Positions 28,501-36,800 of a stretch of DNA of 39,605 bases are shown here, piece by piece. The position numbers and the translations under genes are program-made. The DNA comes from Balanoglossus misakiensis (Eukaryota > Animalia > Hemichordata). Positions within the stretch are counted from its first letter, which is position 1. Every line of letters starts with the position of its first letter. The notes under the pieces are model-generated. The model saw only the letters and a program-made list of their open reading frames with translations, did no database searches and was not told where the DNA came from. The DNA is taken from contig JBECUI020000065.1 of NCBI GenBank assembly GCA_040954595.2, positions 1-39,605 of the forward strand. The letters run 5' to 3'.

Positions 28501-31500
28501 TGAGATAGTCAAATGTGTCCCACTCGAGCAAACCTATCAAGTGACTCTTGCGGCGGACGACAATGATTCCGAATATGTAGACACTACTCAGGATCCATAT
28601 ACCAACAGCGTCAAAGGTTTTGCTCCTTTGGGCGGAGACAGTTTGGACAAGGCGCTGATAGGTGAGTTGAGCCTGGATTGGTTGGGCAATTATTATAACT
28701 CCTTAGCTGATTCCGTTGCAGATTGGGGCGTTGATGTTGTCGGCAATATTGATTTGTCGGTGAATATGGACTTGACGGCTCAATATGCTGGTCAGGTTCG
28801 TTCGGCGTTTAATGGCCAGATCCAGCTTGAGGATAATCAGGCGGTATCCTTTGCCCCCATTGCAGCCGGGACAGGCGTTGAAGGGGAAGAGGCCAGAGGC
28901 GTATCTTTTGCCAGTTCTGCGACGACTTTCCCTCATACTATACAGGTTTATGCGTTGCTTGCTGATGCGGGTGACGCGGTGGTGAGAGAGGATCGTCCCG
29001 GTGTCAGATTTGTCGTTCCGGCGCTGGAGGTTAGCGTCAGTGGTGCTACCCAGATAGCGGATGTTTCCTCTGTGGTTCTGGACGGCATGAGCGATGCTGT
29101 TGCAACAGATTCTGCGGCAGATTTTGGCATTGGCAGCATCGGTGCTGGCGGCTTTTCCGCCGCTGTCGATGTTGAGAGGCGTTTGCTCACATCTGAGGTT
29201 CCGGAGCGTCTTCGGGCTGCTGATTTCGAGTTTGTGTTCGACAATTTCTCCAGAGGATTTACCAATACGGACGGCGAAATAGAGGTACGTTTTGATCTTG
29301 CGCAAGTGAGTGGAGGCGGGTTTCAGGACAAGTTCAGGGAAGATGGTGTTGTCCTCAATCAGCATTTGGTTGTTAGCAGGGATTCGAGCAATAATATAGT
29401 TTCTGTTGGCCTGTCATTGCCGGTTAATTTTGCCGGTTGTGACTCTATTGGACCTGATAATGCGCCGATCAGCTCGATGAGCATTCCGGCTCCGACATTG
29501 TATATTGGTGCGATGCCGGTAGCTGTGAACAGCGATCAGGACATAGTCATAATCAATTGTATTGAAGCTTTCACTCTGGCCATTCGCTCTGATGCGGCTG
29601 TTTCGGATTCCAAATATGCCTATGGCAATAAATTGTTTGATACGACAGTGGCCGGTGACGATATTGATCTGGCGAAGATCGGCGTTTTGGAGATGGAGTG
29701 GACTGCCGCTGCGAGCAGAGTGGCTGTTACCTTGGCCGACGATAGTGAAGGTGTCTATGATCGCTATATAGACATTTCTAATCTGGAGTCATTTGGCTTT
29801 GACTTGACGGTAGAGCGGGTTGGTCGCAACGGGATATTCAATGGACATATTGGTTTGTTGCGGGATGCTGGTTCCTTTGGGTCTCGTGTTGATGGGGCAA
29901 GGATTGAGCTTACCGGAGATCATTCTCAAGAGTTGGGCTATGTGGTATCGGTTGCGTTGCCGAGTAATTTCAGTTCTGCCAAGCTGGCCCGTTCGGACAT
30001 ATATCTGGCATTGGATGTGCTTGGTGGTGGTCGTCCATCGATAGATTTCCACCCGCAAAAGCTGCTATTGCAAGCTGGCGGCAAGACCTATGAACTCCCG
30101 GCGCCTGCTGACCAAAATGATCTGGACATGATCCAGTCGCCTTTCCCCGAGGTTTATATGTCCTATGGGGATGGTGTGCCGGCGAGTGCTGGCTTTACCC
30201 GGAATATTGCCGTGGATGCTCCTTTTGTGACGCCCGCTCTGTCTGAGTCCAGCAGGACCGGCAGGTTTGAGTTTATGATCAGCGGTATTCCGTCAGAATA
30301 TAATGGTGTGGTGACGGCCAGTTTTGACGCCAGCGATGTTCATGGCGGCAGTGTTGACGATACCAATATTTCCTATTCTGTGTCGACATTGGCAGCGGTG
30401 CATGACGGGAGTTTGGGGATATCGGTGCCAGTGACTTTTGCCGGTTGCAGCGATGGTATCACTGGTATGAATCTGCCGATGCCAAGCCTTGATATAGGCG
30501 GCAGGAAATTGCTGGTTGTGGGTAACAATCAATTTGCTCCGATGGCGGTGATTTCCTGTCATTTGGCGTATCAGGCGGTTGTTAGTGGAGATGACCTTGA
30601 TTCTGAATATGCGCCTGCTGGTAATAGTGCGGTGCCTTCCAGTGGTTTTGTCATAAGCACCTCTGACACTAGTTCCAAAGCCAAGATTGGAGAAATTGAA
30701 GTAAAGTGGGTCGTCTCCGAGCAATATACATATGACGGTACAAACCCCGCTATGGTTTATGAGGTGTATCGTGGCTTGAGTAACGGCTCTTCTCCTTTCA
30801 GATATGATCAATCCGTTGCTTTTGAGGGTGTATTGCGCTTGTTGCCATCAAGTCTTGGCTCAATCAGCGATACTTTTAATGGGAATATTCATATAGGAGC
30901 CTCCCCCTCTGCTACTGACAAGAAAGACCTGGATGCTTCTTTGAACAAGGTCATAGATTTGCCATTTTCTGGCAATGCGACTCTTCCGATCACGCTCCCT
31001 ATATATGTAGAGATTAGTGATCAGGGAGCTTCGCGTCAGCGTCCCGGGGTTGAGTTTGTGCTTGACGAGGAGAATATTGCGGCGTCATCGCTGAAGGTGA
31101 GTAATGTTGATAATTATCAAATTGTCATGGGCACTCCGGGCACTCTGGATAGTTTGGATCCGGCCTTGGATTCGGCTACAGCCACCGCGGAGTTCTCGAT
31201 GCAAAATATCGAGCGGATAGGCGACGAGGAAAGCGCGGATGAAGACAGGCATTATCTTTCCAGATATATGGGGGCGTATAAGGGTGTTTATGTCGACAAG
31301 GATGCCTTGACTCCGGCCAGATCGGCAAATGAGAGGACAACTGTTTACGAGTTCCAGATTGGTAATTTTGATATTCCGGCAGGCTCTAATTTACTGAATG
31401 GAAATTTGGAGGTTTCTTTTGACACTAGCGGTGTTGAGGGAGGCACGATCACGAAAGCGGCACTTTATTATGGTCGCAATCCGAATGAGTATATTACCCT

Positions 31501-33874
31501 TGATGGTGTTTTCACGATAGGTCCGGATGCTCAATATGCGGGCCATCAGCTTCCCGGCTCCTATCCTGGGGAGCAGGTGGGAGGAGTCTATGTTAGCAGG
31601 AGTAGTTCAGGGTATGATCTTGGTCATATTTTGCAATATTCTGATGCCAGATCAGTAGGGATAGCGCTGACCATTGAGTTTAATGGTTGCGATCAGAGCA
31701 CTTCAAGCATGTCGTTGACGAAGCCGGTTTTGAAGGTAGGCGGTTCTCAGATAGCATTGTTTGGAGCCAATCAGGTGCAATTGATCGAATGTGCGTCTCT
31801 TTATGATGTTTCGCTGGTTTCAGACAAGATTGCAGTCGGTTCGGCGAATGATACTCGTTACGCTATGGACGGGACGGGTTTTGTCCAGACTGAACGGGAT
31901 AGTTTGTCGCAAGCCCAGATAGGTTCTGTAGCGGTGGAGTGGGGTCTCCGTGATGCTGATCGGTCGATAGCAGGCAATAGCGACACCTTTTTTACCGGTA
32001 CGGTATTCAACAATCTCTTCGACAGTAATACCATTACTAAGGGGCAGGCCTTTGGTTTTGGTCAGCGTAGTTTGGATCCAATTGTTAATGAGGTGTCCCA
32101 ATTTGTGCCTTACAGGCGGGGTGGGGGCAATCAAGGTGGAGATGTTGCTCCTGGCAGCATCACATTCAAGGTCAGTCGTCGTCCATCATCTCCTGGTTTT
32201 GAGCAGGCGGAGTTTGATGGAGGTCTCAAGATAGGCAGTGATGGTCCGGTTACGCCGATAGTTTTCGACGGTGCGGTGACCGAGGCAGACGGAACTCAGA
32301 TAGTGGAGGTGACGGTTCCGCTGCCCGATACGCTGCATTCGGCTTATTTGGATCCGAATGCCAAACCCGAGCTGCCAAATGGCCGTTATATGAGCGATAT
32401 TCCGCATTTGTTCCCGGTCTATGTTGTTCTGAATGATGCTGGTATGTCGCGGGTGCGTCCCGGTCTGGATTTCGAGCTTTCCGGAGGCACGGTCAAGCTC
32501 TACTGGATGGAGATGCTCAAGGCACCGGGATTTGAGTCAAGCTGTTGTTCTTGGGATTGGGGAGTTTCGTCTGGTCGTCAATATAGTCTTTCTCCGGCTT
32601 CGGTCCGTGGCGGCAACTTCTCTGATGTTGGCGGCGAGAGAAATGGTGCTCTGGATGGTTTTGAGGAAGTAGTGCCGGTTACGGCCCGGCTCCAGATGGC
32701 TGATATAGCTGGTCAGAATGGTTTTTCCGAATCTATTCATGTAGACAGCAAGGTGCTGAGCGCCAGTGCCTTGCCGGAAGGTGAAACCGGCTATATTGCC
32801 GAATTTGAGTTCGTGCTTGATGAGTTTGCCGGTGTTATTGGTGGCACTCCTAATCTGGTTTTTGCCGAAGATGCGGTTTTAGGTGTCAGCTTCCATGATG
32901 CTACCGGTGCCGAGATCACCGATATTGTGCCGTCGGCGGGTGCTGGTTCGGTGAATCTCAAGGTTCGGGTATCTTTTGCCGGCTGCGACAATGATCCTGC
33001 CACTGCGGACGGTTTGAGCCTGTCCAGACCGACATTGTCCATCGGCGCGACATCCATGACATTGCCGAGCTGGCCACAGGATGAGAATGGCAATATTGTC
33101 AGCTTGCAGCTCATAACTTGCGCTGTCGAGCTATATAGTGTCGAGGTGACTCCGGACGGTGAGGCTTCTTCATATATTGCCGATGGCAGTGGCTTTGATC
33201 CGGCTGTTGTCGGTGACGACGCTGGCAAGGCTCGGATTGGCACGATCAGGTTTGGCGGTTTCAATAATCAGGGTGTTTCTGCCTCCAGATATTATACGGA
33301 TTTGAGTGATCCTGCGGCCAATTATCTTGAAGCGTCTACGCTGCCTTCCTGGCTTGTGGATATTAGCGTGACCTCGGAGAGTGATTTCTCTGGAAAGGTT
33401 TTTTATGGCGGGTTGCAGTTTGGCGATAATATCAGTTCTGATCTGGATATAAGTGCGGCGTTTTCCGGTGAGTTCCGTGTCACTACTGAATTGTCCGGCG
33501 CTGGACTGGCTTATGGTGTTGATATTCCGATCTATGTGACGCTGGATACTGAGCTGGATGATGCTGGTCAAGCCAGCATAGCGACCATGTCGCGTCCGGG
33601 TCTCAGCCTTGCCGTGAATGGGGTCAGATTGCAGCCGGCTCCGACCGGCTCTGTTCCGGTTAGCTATTATCCGGGACCTGTGGCTCTGGAGAGTTTTGGT
33701 GACGTCGATATTCCGCTTGCTTCGAGCATAGCGCCGGCTGATATAGCGGGACAGGACGGCTTTTTCGAGCGGATCCATGTGGATAGTATAGCTATGCATA
33801 ATGGTCAAACCGGTTATGGCGGCAATTTCGAATTCAGGGCCGAGGGAGTTTATGGTGAGGGCATATTGCTTTGA
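22418..33874 (+). CDS. Giant surface/secreted protein 3, N-terminal part (3818 aa): signal peptide, ~590-aa helical Cys-periodic domain, polybasic/Pro-rich linker, 8 divergent repeat units and the start of a ninth; ends at a frameshift
   Basis: Long ORF with RBS and signal peptide (ALA|Q). Repeat motifs are recognisable from ~24560. The stop at 33872-33874 falls in the middle of a repeat unit. Confidence 0.88.
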   Translation: MEQVKFLYCFLYRPNPASVDVAKTRKRKGSWLGLAGLLVMSCLFSAPALAQPIMGPIIGGGGSHDFGAGGMDIEDAAREVTAYVELSRNQLMQARDTLHQVQAWQGDSSGIEPLVLEAEAAFEQVVAASAAFDSARLAGAEQQEWMRERNRVQSLAQDVREAGEAVLGLAASIWIGNSAADIAEQVGRVETVLAIFPDNGSYREQVLSIVQNIETMRPGAEAAEAEVYAKYTAYQNGGSEQDWNAAISGYLAVIQSISDLGEPLLVEVAALVRGNIEWCDIVADSYMERIRLAVTSIQGYYSFEAFYANGLLGRKHQESTANSAFGYNKNAVVKEAVAEMEAMFSGGQAVDLAELHRLETVACNSKASLWENAQAAERIAASVSFVIDRFRSAKWCTNAALDAVASIRSGIDRINSLSGSFPEGSGLFQGELGLAQEQLNNALEQTAIAVAAFEDMGALMQSDNDDQANMEEVKDRACAPQASVEAADEAVSNIAARVAAAANYRGEAQACVDMSVSHVQRARNAVQRAGIAGSYRALAQNELDNALMHSNAAAATLRGIDDALSSGQGDLAEMVASACRQSDAAGLAAANADAIAAEAEQAFESDAWNSALKAVEDFSNSEAVREAVDRNAATANDNARRRRSSRNTVNNNVNQYSCDPNNFVCEHLASEDYGLVRHEWNPWAYDNPFDDCPPLRDMPNPPPVPPSIPEYLTKYQLANIDDNANNGYTSTIFLDADSSAASNVWGLFEIDMEIDTASNGAIELLTPLLYDELLYSLNTPGAFATLFQNTQASGVPEPGSISWSRAEICKNYPRACVRGGAAHPISLPEGGYPTHGMNFILSDGSIETEYHNLPLFIERVYSSGGAASMEAFLGVRGIQFYIAARFDGCSASPGMYLPAPEIVFNLGYDMYEIGFRSSSVSNYTDLELIRCVNRANAYRVTAATDESEQYWGVANDSRYAEDGTGFHVANDDSRESVTETKIGSMSIEWALDENDRIKQSFGTEGSLNTPGTDGPGTQFLTMGNIVDTAVDFLVEGANGDGVFNGYIKLVLSDGRSANSPSFALDTVNSPNDSKTATVSFSGVGLQELSPGIFGREAEIFLVLEDTGGVPPTKRAGLEITLAETRISPNGYTDAANNNIEIIVDSEDVVLDGILGWPSQDVSSDEAEAILSFANVNGVSNDAFENNYIIVDKSLVNNAQTGTFEFSIAVNVKNRGDASLNGLIYSSPTIIGGRQVGAAEFYINGSLANSIDMSSVDHANIGVRFNLQFDGCGSATEMSFKPHIQIGNERIVFTAPAAGALQPDDAGNYKLVECSTESAYTDMSFVGDESADDSVYSPDGSGFATNVRGDAWNSAKIGSFSITLNQDLYADATKRYYIDLSNKQFVSKLTPLRIGMDLKITRHWNRSDANSGELSGQLAMDGNGSINKSVVNFAFAPITAVTNAINGLETEHLNSRMHHTSVIPVQWNGSGIFTDNITFQLNSRGEPVSLPGVEFNVSRMEALHGELRLIEHSVAGGVELDSFAQRYIASGARISPSAAALINPEDFYYYSGPTLVGMVEVDEQAVSANAEEGVRRGWFGFTVSNLLGVELGSQGKLVKLEFDNNAVENGSIDNDGIIYNTGLSSSSTRNALKELTPFDVVVPVTFAGCDGAVTGMSIPAPKLYLLNGQGYVEIGKNADDETLFNSLYAPKEADNNGHDLSWGEGATAKLQIVSCFGSSYEVAVSSDEEEANSRYDPNAGATSFDTNADGDTATEARLGYIDVSGSSEVNIHTSLNVMPVPGSGADGSKTVDIRIDSIGFTGDTVRGSFGLKHNGNSLPGLAPYIVSAASLPARFEIYFTHDPNNSDVTAFETSLSGLQVSVRENTPSGSSDYSTIFSTDQSFALDKLDHPNDYSDKRVSFAMGDSGLVGGNGFTDTANVISEDVLSTSGAAALTGWFEFVFSNIGAGIDFRNPDNAPTVTFDAGNISNGTIIANSISYNGLSRGLGVSVQFRFNGCSADVSNMVVPVPSLRVTIGGVATNLVVDGRAVEIVKCVPLEQTYQVTLAADDNDSEYVDTTQDPYTNSVKGFAPLGGDSLDKALIGELSLDWLGNYYNSLADSVADWGVDVVGNIDLSVNMDLTAQYAGQVRSAFNGQIQLEDNQAVSFAPIAAGTGVEGEEARGVSFASSATTFPHTIQVYALLADAGDAVVREDRPGVRFVVPALEVSVSGATQIADVSSVVLDGMSDAVATDSAADFGIGSIGAGGFSAAVDVERRLLTSEVPERLRAADFEFVFDNFSRGFTNTDGEIEVRFDLAQVSGGGFQDKFREDGVVLNQHLVVSRDSSNNIVSVGLSLPVNFAGCDSIGPDNAPISSMSIPAPTLYIGAMPVAVNSDQDIVIINCIEAFTLAIRSDAAVSDSKYAYGNKLFDTTVAGDDIDLAKIGVLEMEWTAAASRVAVTLADDSEGVYDRYIDISNLESFGFDLTVERVGRNGIFNGHIGLLRDAGSFGSRVDGARIELTGDHSQELGYVVSVALPSNFSSAKLARSDIYLALDVLGGGRPSIDFHPQKLLLQAGGKTYELPAPADQNDLDMIQSPFPEVYMSYGDGVPASAGFTRNIAVDAPFVTPALSESSRTGRFEFMISGIPSEYNGVVTASFDASDVHGGSVDDTNISYSVSTLAAVHDGSLGISVPVTFAGCSDGITGMNLPMPSLDIGGRKLLVVGNNQFAPMAVISCHLAYQAVVSGDDLDSEYAPAGNSAVPSSGFVISTSDTSSKAKIGEIEVKWVVSEQYTYDGTNPAMVYEVYRGLSNGSSPFRYDQSVAFEGVLRLLPSSLGSISDTFNGNIHIGASPSATDKKDLDASLNKVIDLPFSGNATLPITLPIYVEISDQGASRQRPGVEFVLDEENIAASSLKVSNVDNYQIVMGTPGTLDSLDPALDSATATAEFSMQNIERIGDEESADEDRHYLSRYMGAYKGVYVDKDALTPARSANERTTVYEFQIGNFDIPAGSNLLNGNLEVSFDTSGVEGGTITKAALYYGRNPNEYITLDGVFTIGPDAQYAGHQLPGSYPGEQVGGVYVSRSSSGYDLGHILQYSDARSVGIALTIEFNGCDQSTSSMSLTKPVLKVGGSQIALFGANQVQLIECASLYDVSLVSDKIAVGSANDTRYAMDGTGFVQTERDSLSQAQIGSVAVEWGLRDADRSIAGNSDTFFTGTVFNNLFDSNTITKGQAFGFGQRSLDPIVNEVSQFVPYRRGGGNQGGDVAPGSITFKVSRRPSSPGFEQAEFDGGLKIGSDGPVTPIVFDGAVTEADGTQIVEVTVPLPDTLHSAYLDPNAKPELPNGRYMSDIPHLFPVYVVLNDAGMSRVRPGLDFELSGGTVKLYWMEMLKAPGFESSCCSWDWGVSSGRQYSLSPASVRGGNFSDVGGERNGALDGFEEVVPVTARLQMADIAGQNGFSESIHVDSKVLSASALPEGETGYIAEFEFVLDEFAGVIGGTPNLVFAEDAVLGVSFHDATGAEITDIVPSAGAGSVNLKVRVSFAGCDNDPATADGLSLSRPTLSIGATSMTLPSWPQDENGNIVSLQLITCAVELYSVEVTPDGEASSYIADGSGFDPAVVGDDAGKARIGTIRFGGFNNQGVSASRYYTDLSDPAANYLEASTLPSWLVDISVTSESDFSGKVFYGGLQFGDNISSDLDISAAFSGEFRVTTELSGAGLAYGVDIPIYVTLDTELDDAGQASIATMSRPGLSLAVNGVRLQPAPTGSVPVSYYPGPVALESFGDVDIPLASSIAPADIAGQDGFFERIHVDSIAMHNGQTGYGGNFEFRAEGVYGEGILL

Positions 33875-36800
33875 GCCTGAATGGCTATCCATACAATATT
33901 TCAGATGGTGTGGTCAGCATTCTGACAGATCAGCCGGTTCCCGTTAATTTGGTCAATGTTGTTTCTCTTGCTCCAGGTGTTGATTTTGCCGATTTATTGT
34001 TGTCGGTCAATTTCCCCGGTTGCGATACTGATCATGCTGCGGAGGATGGTTTTGTTCTGGCGACGCCGGTCATCACCATGTCTGGCTCGGATCAGAATAG
34101 TCCCGACGATGATACCGCTATCTCCTTGAGGTGGCCGGACAATGCGAACAAATATCCAGTGCTGGGCAGCAATGGAGAGGTCGTCGAATATTACAAGATC
34201 ATCACTTGCGGCGAAGCCTTTATCTGGACGTTGACCTCGGATGAGGATGTGAGCGACACCGAATATATCGAAGATGGGACAGGCTTCACCACGCCTATAC
34301 TTGGTGATTTGGCTGTAGCCAAGATTGGCGATCTCAATGTTAGTTTATTCAACAGCCAGGGCGGTACGGTCTCGCAATATTACACTTCTCTGACTGCCGG
34401 GCCTCGTGATGCATTTGATTGCGATTACACCACCTGCGTAGCAGCCTCTGGCAACCAATGGTATACTAACCATGACAACATTGCGAAAATGGTCATAACC
34501 AGTGATGGCTCGGCACCGTTTTCCGGTCGAATTACTATTGCCCAAAACACTGGCTCTGGAACCACAAGAGACCATGTATTTTTCCATACAGATGATGGTA
34601 ATGTTGTGAACAAGGACCTTCCTGTAAAAGCTAGCCAAGGTTCTAGCTATGATATCTATGTGTCAATGGATGAAGCTCATAAGGCTAAAGCTCGCCCGAA
34701 GCTGAATTTTGCGGTAACGGGCTACACATTGACGAATCAGGTTGGGGACCCGGTAGGCAATTATGAGTGGACGCCTGTTGTTCTGGACGGCTTTGCTGCG
34801 GTGAAGCCTCCGGCTGCGACTTGGGACTTTGGTGATATTGCTGCTACGGACGGCTTTACCGGTCCGGTCAATGTGGACAGCAATGCGGTGAGTCCCACGC
34901 TGGACGAAGCTTCCCGTACCGCCAGTTTCGAGTTTCTAATCTCTGGCTTTTCCAACACCGGCACTGACTTGACCGGTGTTCCGGCTTTGAGCTTTGGCAC
35001 TGTTGGTACAGACGGTTTGATCAATATTACTGGTGGCTCGATCGATAACAATGCCTTGGCTCTATACCATAATGGTGCCTTGCTGGCTGCTAACGATGCT
35101 ATAACTATAGCCGAAACCGATGTTTTAGCTGTGTTGGTGCCGGTGGTTTTCAATGGTTGCGACGATACGGTCACCGGTCTCAGCATTCCGGAGCCGAGCC
35201 TTGAGATAGATGGTATCGAAATAGCGCTTTCAACAAGTGCCGTGAGTGGATTGATCGAATGTTCTTCTATTGTAGCTGCACTGGAGCCGGGCGTCGGCGA
35301 CAGCGAATATTCCAGTCGTGGAGGCTTTGTTGATGCAGATGGCCCGCAAATCGGCATAGCCGACTATGCCGAAGTCGGGAATGACGGCTATGTCGGGAAT
35401 GACGGCCAGCCTGTAGCGACAGGTGGTCGCCATATTGCCAGTATCGGGAAATTGTCGCTATTGTCGCTTTACGACGATATTGCTGCCAAGACATTTAGTA
35501 GCTCGGCCAGCCTGAAAGTGACGGCGGCCGGTGATGTTGACGGTATCAAGGGTATCAGCATTTATGATGGAAAAATAGATGAGGCCACTGGCACTCATCC
35601 CGGCTGGAGCGTGGCTGTTCCATTTGATACAGGCCTTGTCTCCGAGCAGGATATTACGATCACCGGCGATGGTTCCTCTTTGATCATAGGGCTGGAATTG
35701 GAAGATGGTTTGCTTGCCTACCGTCAAATACTGGCCTTGACCGCCGAAATTGGTAGTGGAAATGCTATTGCTCTGGATGGCTTCCTTGCTGTCTCTGGTT
35801 CAGGGACATTGACCGCCAGGATCAAGCCGGGTGAGGTGCTTAATAGTGTTGGCACTCCCTTTGCCGGGCTGGACGGCTTTATCGGTCTCATCCATGTGGA
35901 GCAAGACGCCTTGACCTCTGCGCAGGCCGAAACTTCCCGTACCGGCATGTTCGAGTTTGTGATTGATAATTTCTCCGCCGGTGCTAGCGGTAGGCCAGCT
36001 TTGGACTTTGGCAATTTTGATAATGGTTCGATCGATCCGGCTGACATAAAATATTATATCGATGGTGTTGAGATTGTCAGTGGCGTCGATGTCACCATTG
36101 CCACCGATAGCTCTATCCATGTGACGGTGCCGGTGACTTTCGATGGTTGTGGCACTGATGGCACTGCGCCCTTAGGTCTTAGCATTCCGGATCCGACCTT
36201 TACATTGGGCGGTGCTGCCCCCGTTACCATAGATACGCGTTGGGCTGCGGAAACCGGCGGTACCGACAGTTTGCAGGTGATTGTTTGCGACACGTCATAT
36301 GTAGTCAGTTCCGATATTGATGAGAACGGAGATGGCGATTCCAAATATGACTTTTTCTCCAATAATGTTTTTGATAACAGTGTTGCAGGAGACACACCCC
36401 AGCAGGTGGGCACCAATACAAGAGCTGTTATCGGCAGGATTAGCTTCAACGATCAAAGTGGCACGGTCTCGCGCTATTATACCCGTTTGAGTGAAGATAT
36501 AAATAGTCGCTCTATAACGGCTGATACAGTAGTAAAACGCATTGAGAATTTGGTCATAGAAAATACTTCTCATACTTCTCATGATGATGTTGAAGGCGTT
36601 GCTCATAAAATAACTGGAGATATAGAGGGCAACAATAGCTTATATTTCATCAATTTTACTGAAGCTGACAACGGCACTTTTAAGGTAACCTACATTGTGG
36701 GTGGGAGTGGGAATGTTAGCGATGCTGTTTTGCCGGTAGATATTTTTGTTGAAGTCGCGAATGATAATAAGTATATCTTCTCTTATCCGGCGCTAAATTT

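Noticed and set aside
33907-34080. Independent gene start for the downstream frame (e.g. ATG 34078)
   Set aside because: It would begin in the middle of a repeat unit with no signal peptide or conserved promoter/RBS block. A frameshifted continuation explains it better.
358-36480. CRISPR-like reading of the recurring 20-35 bp blocks
   Set aside because: Copies are ~1 kb apart, in frame, encode conserved peptide motifs, and there are no cas genes.
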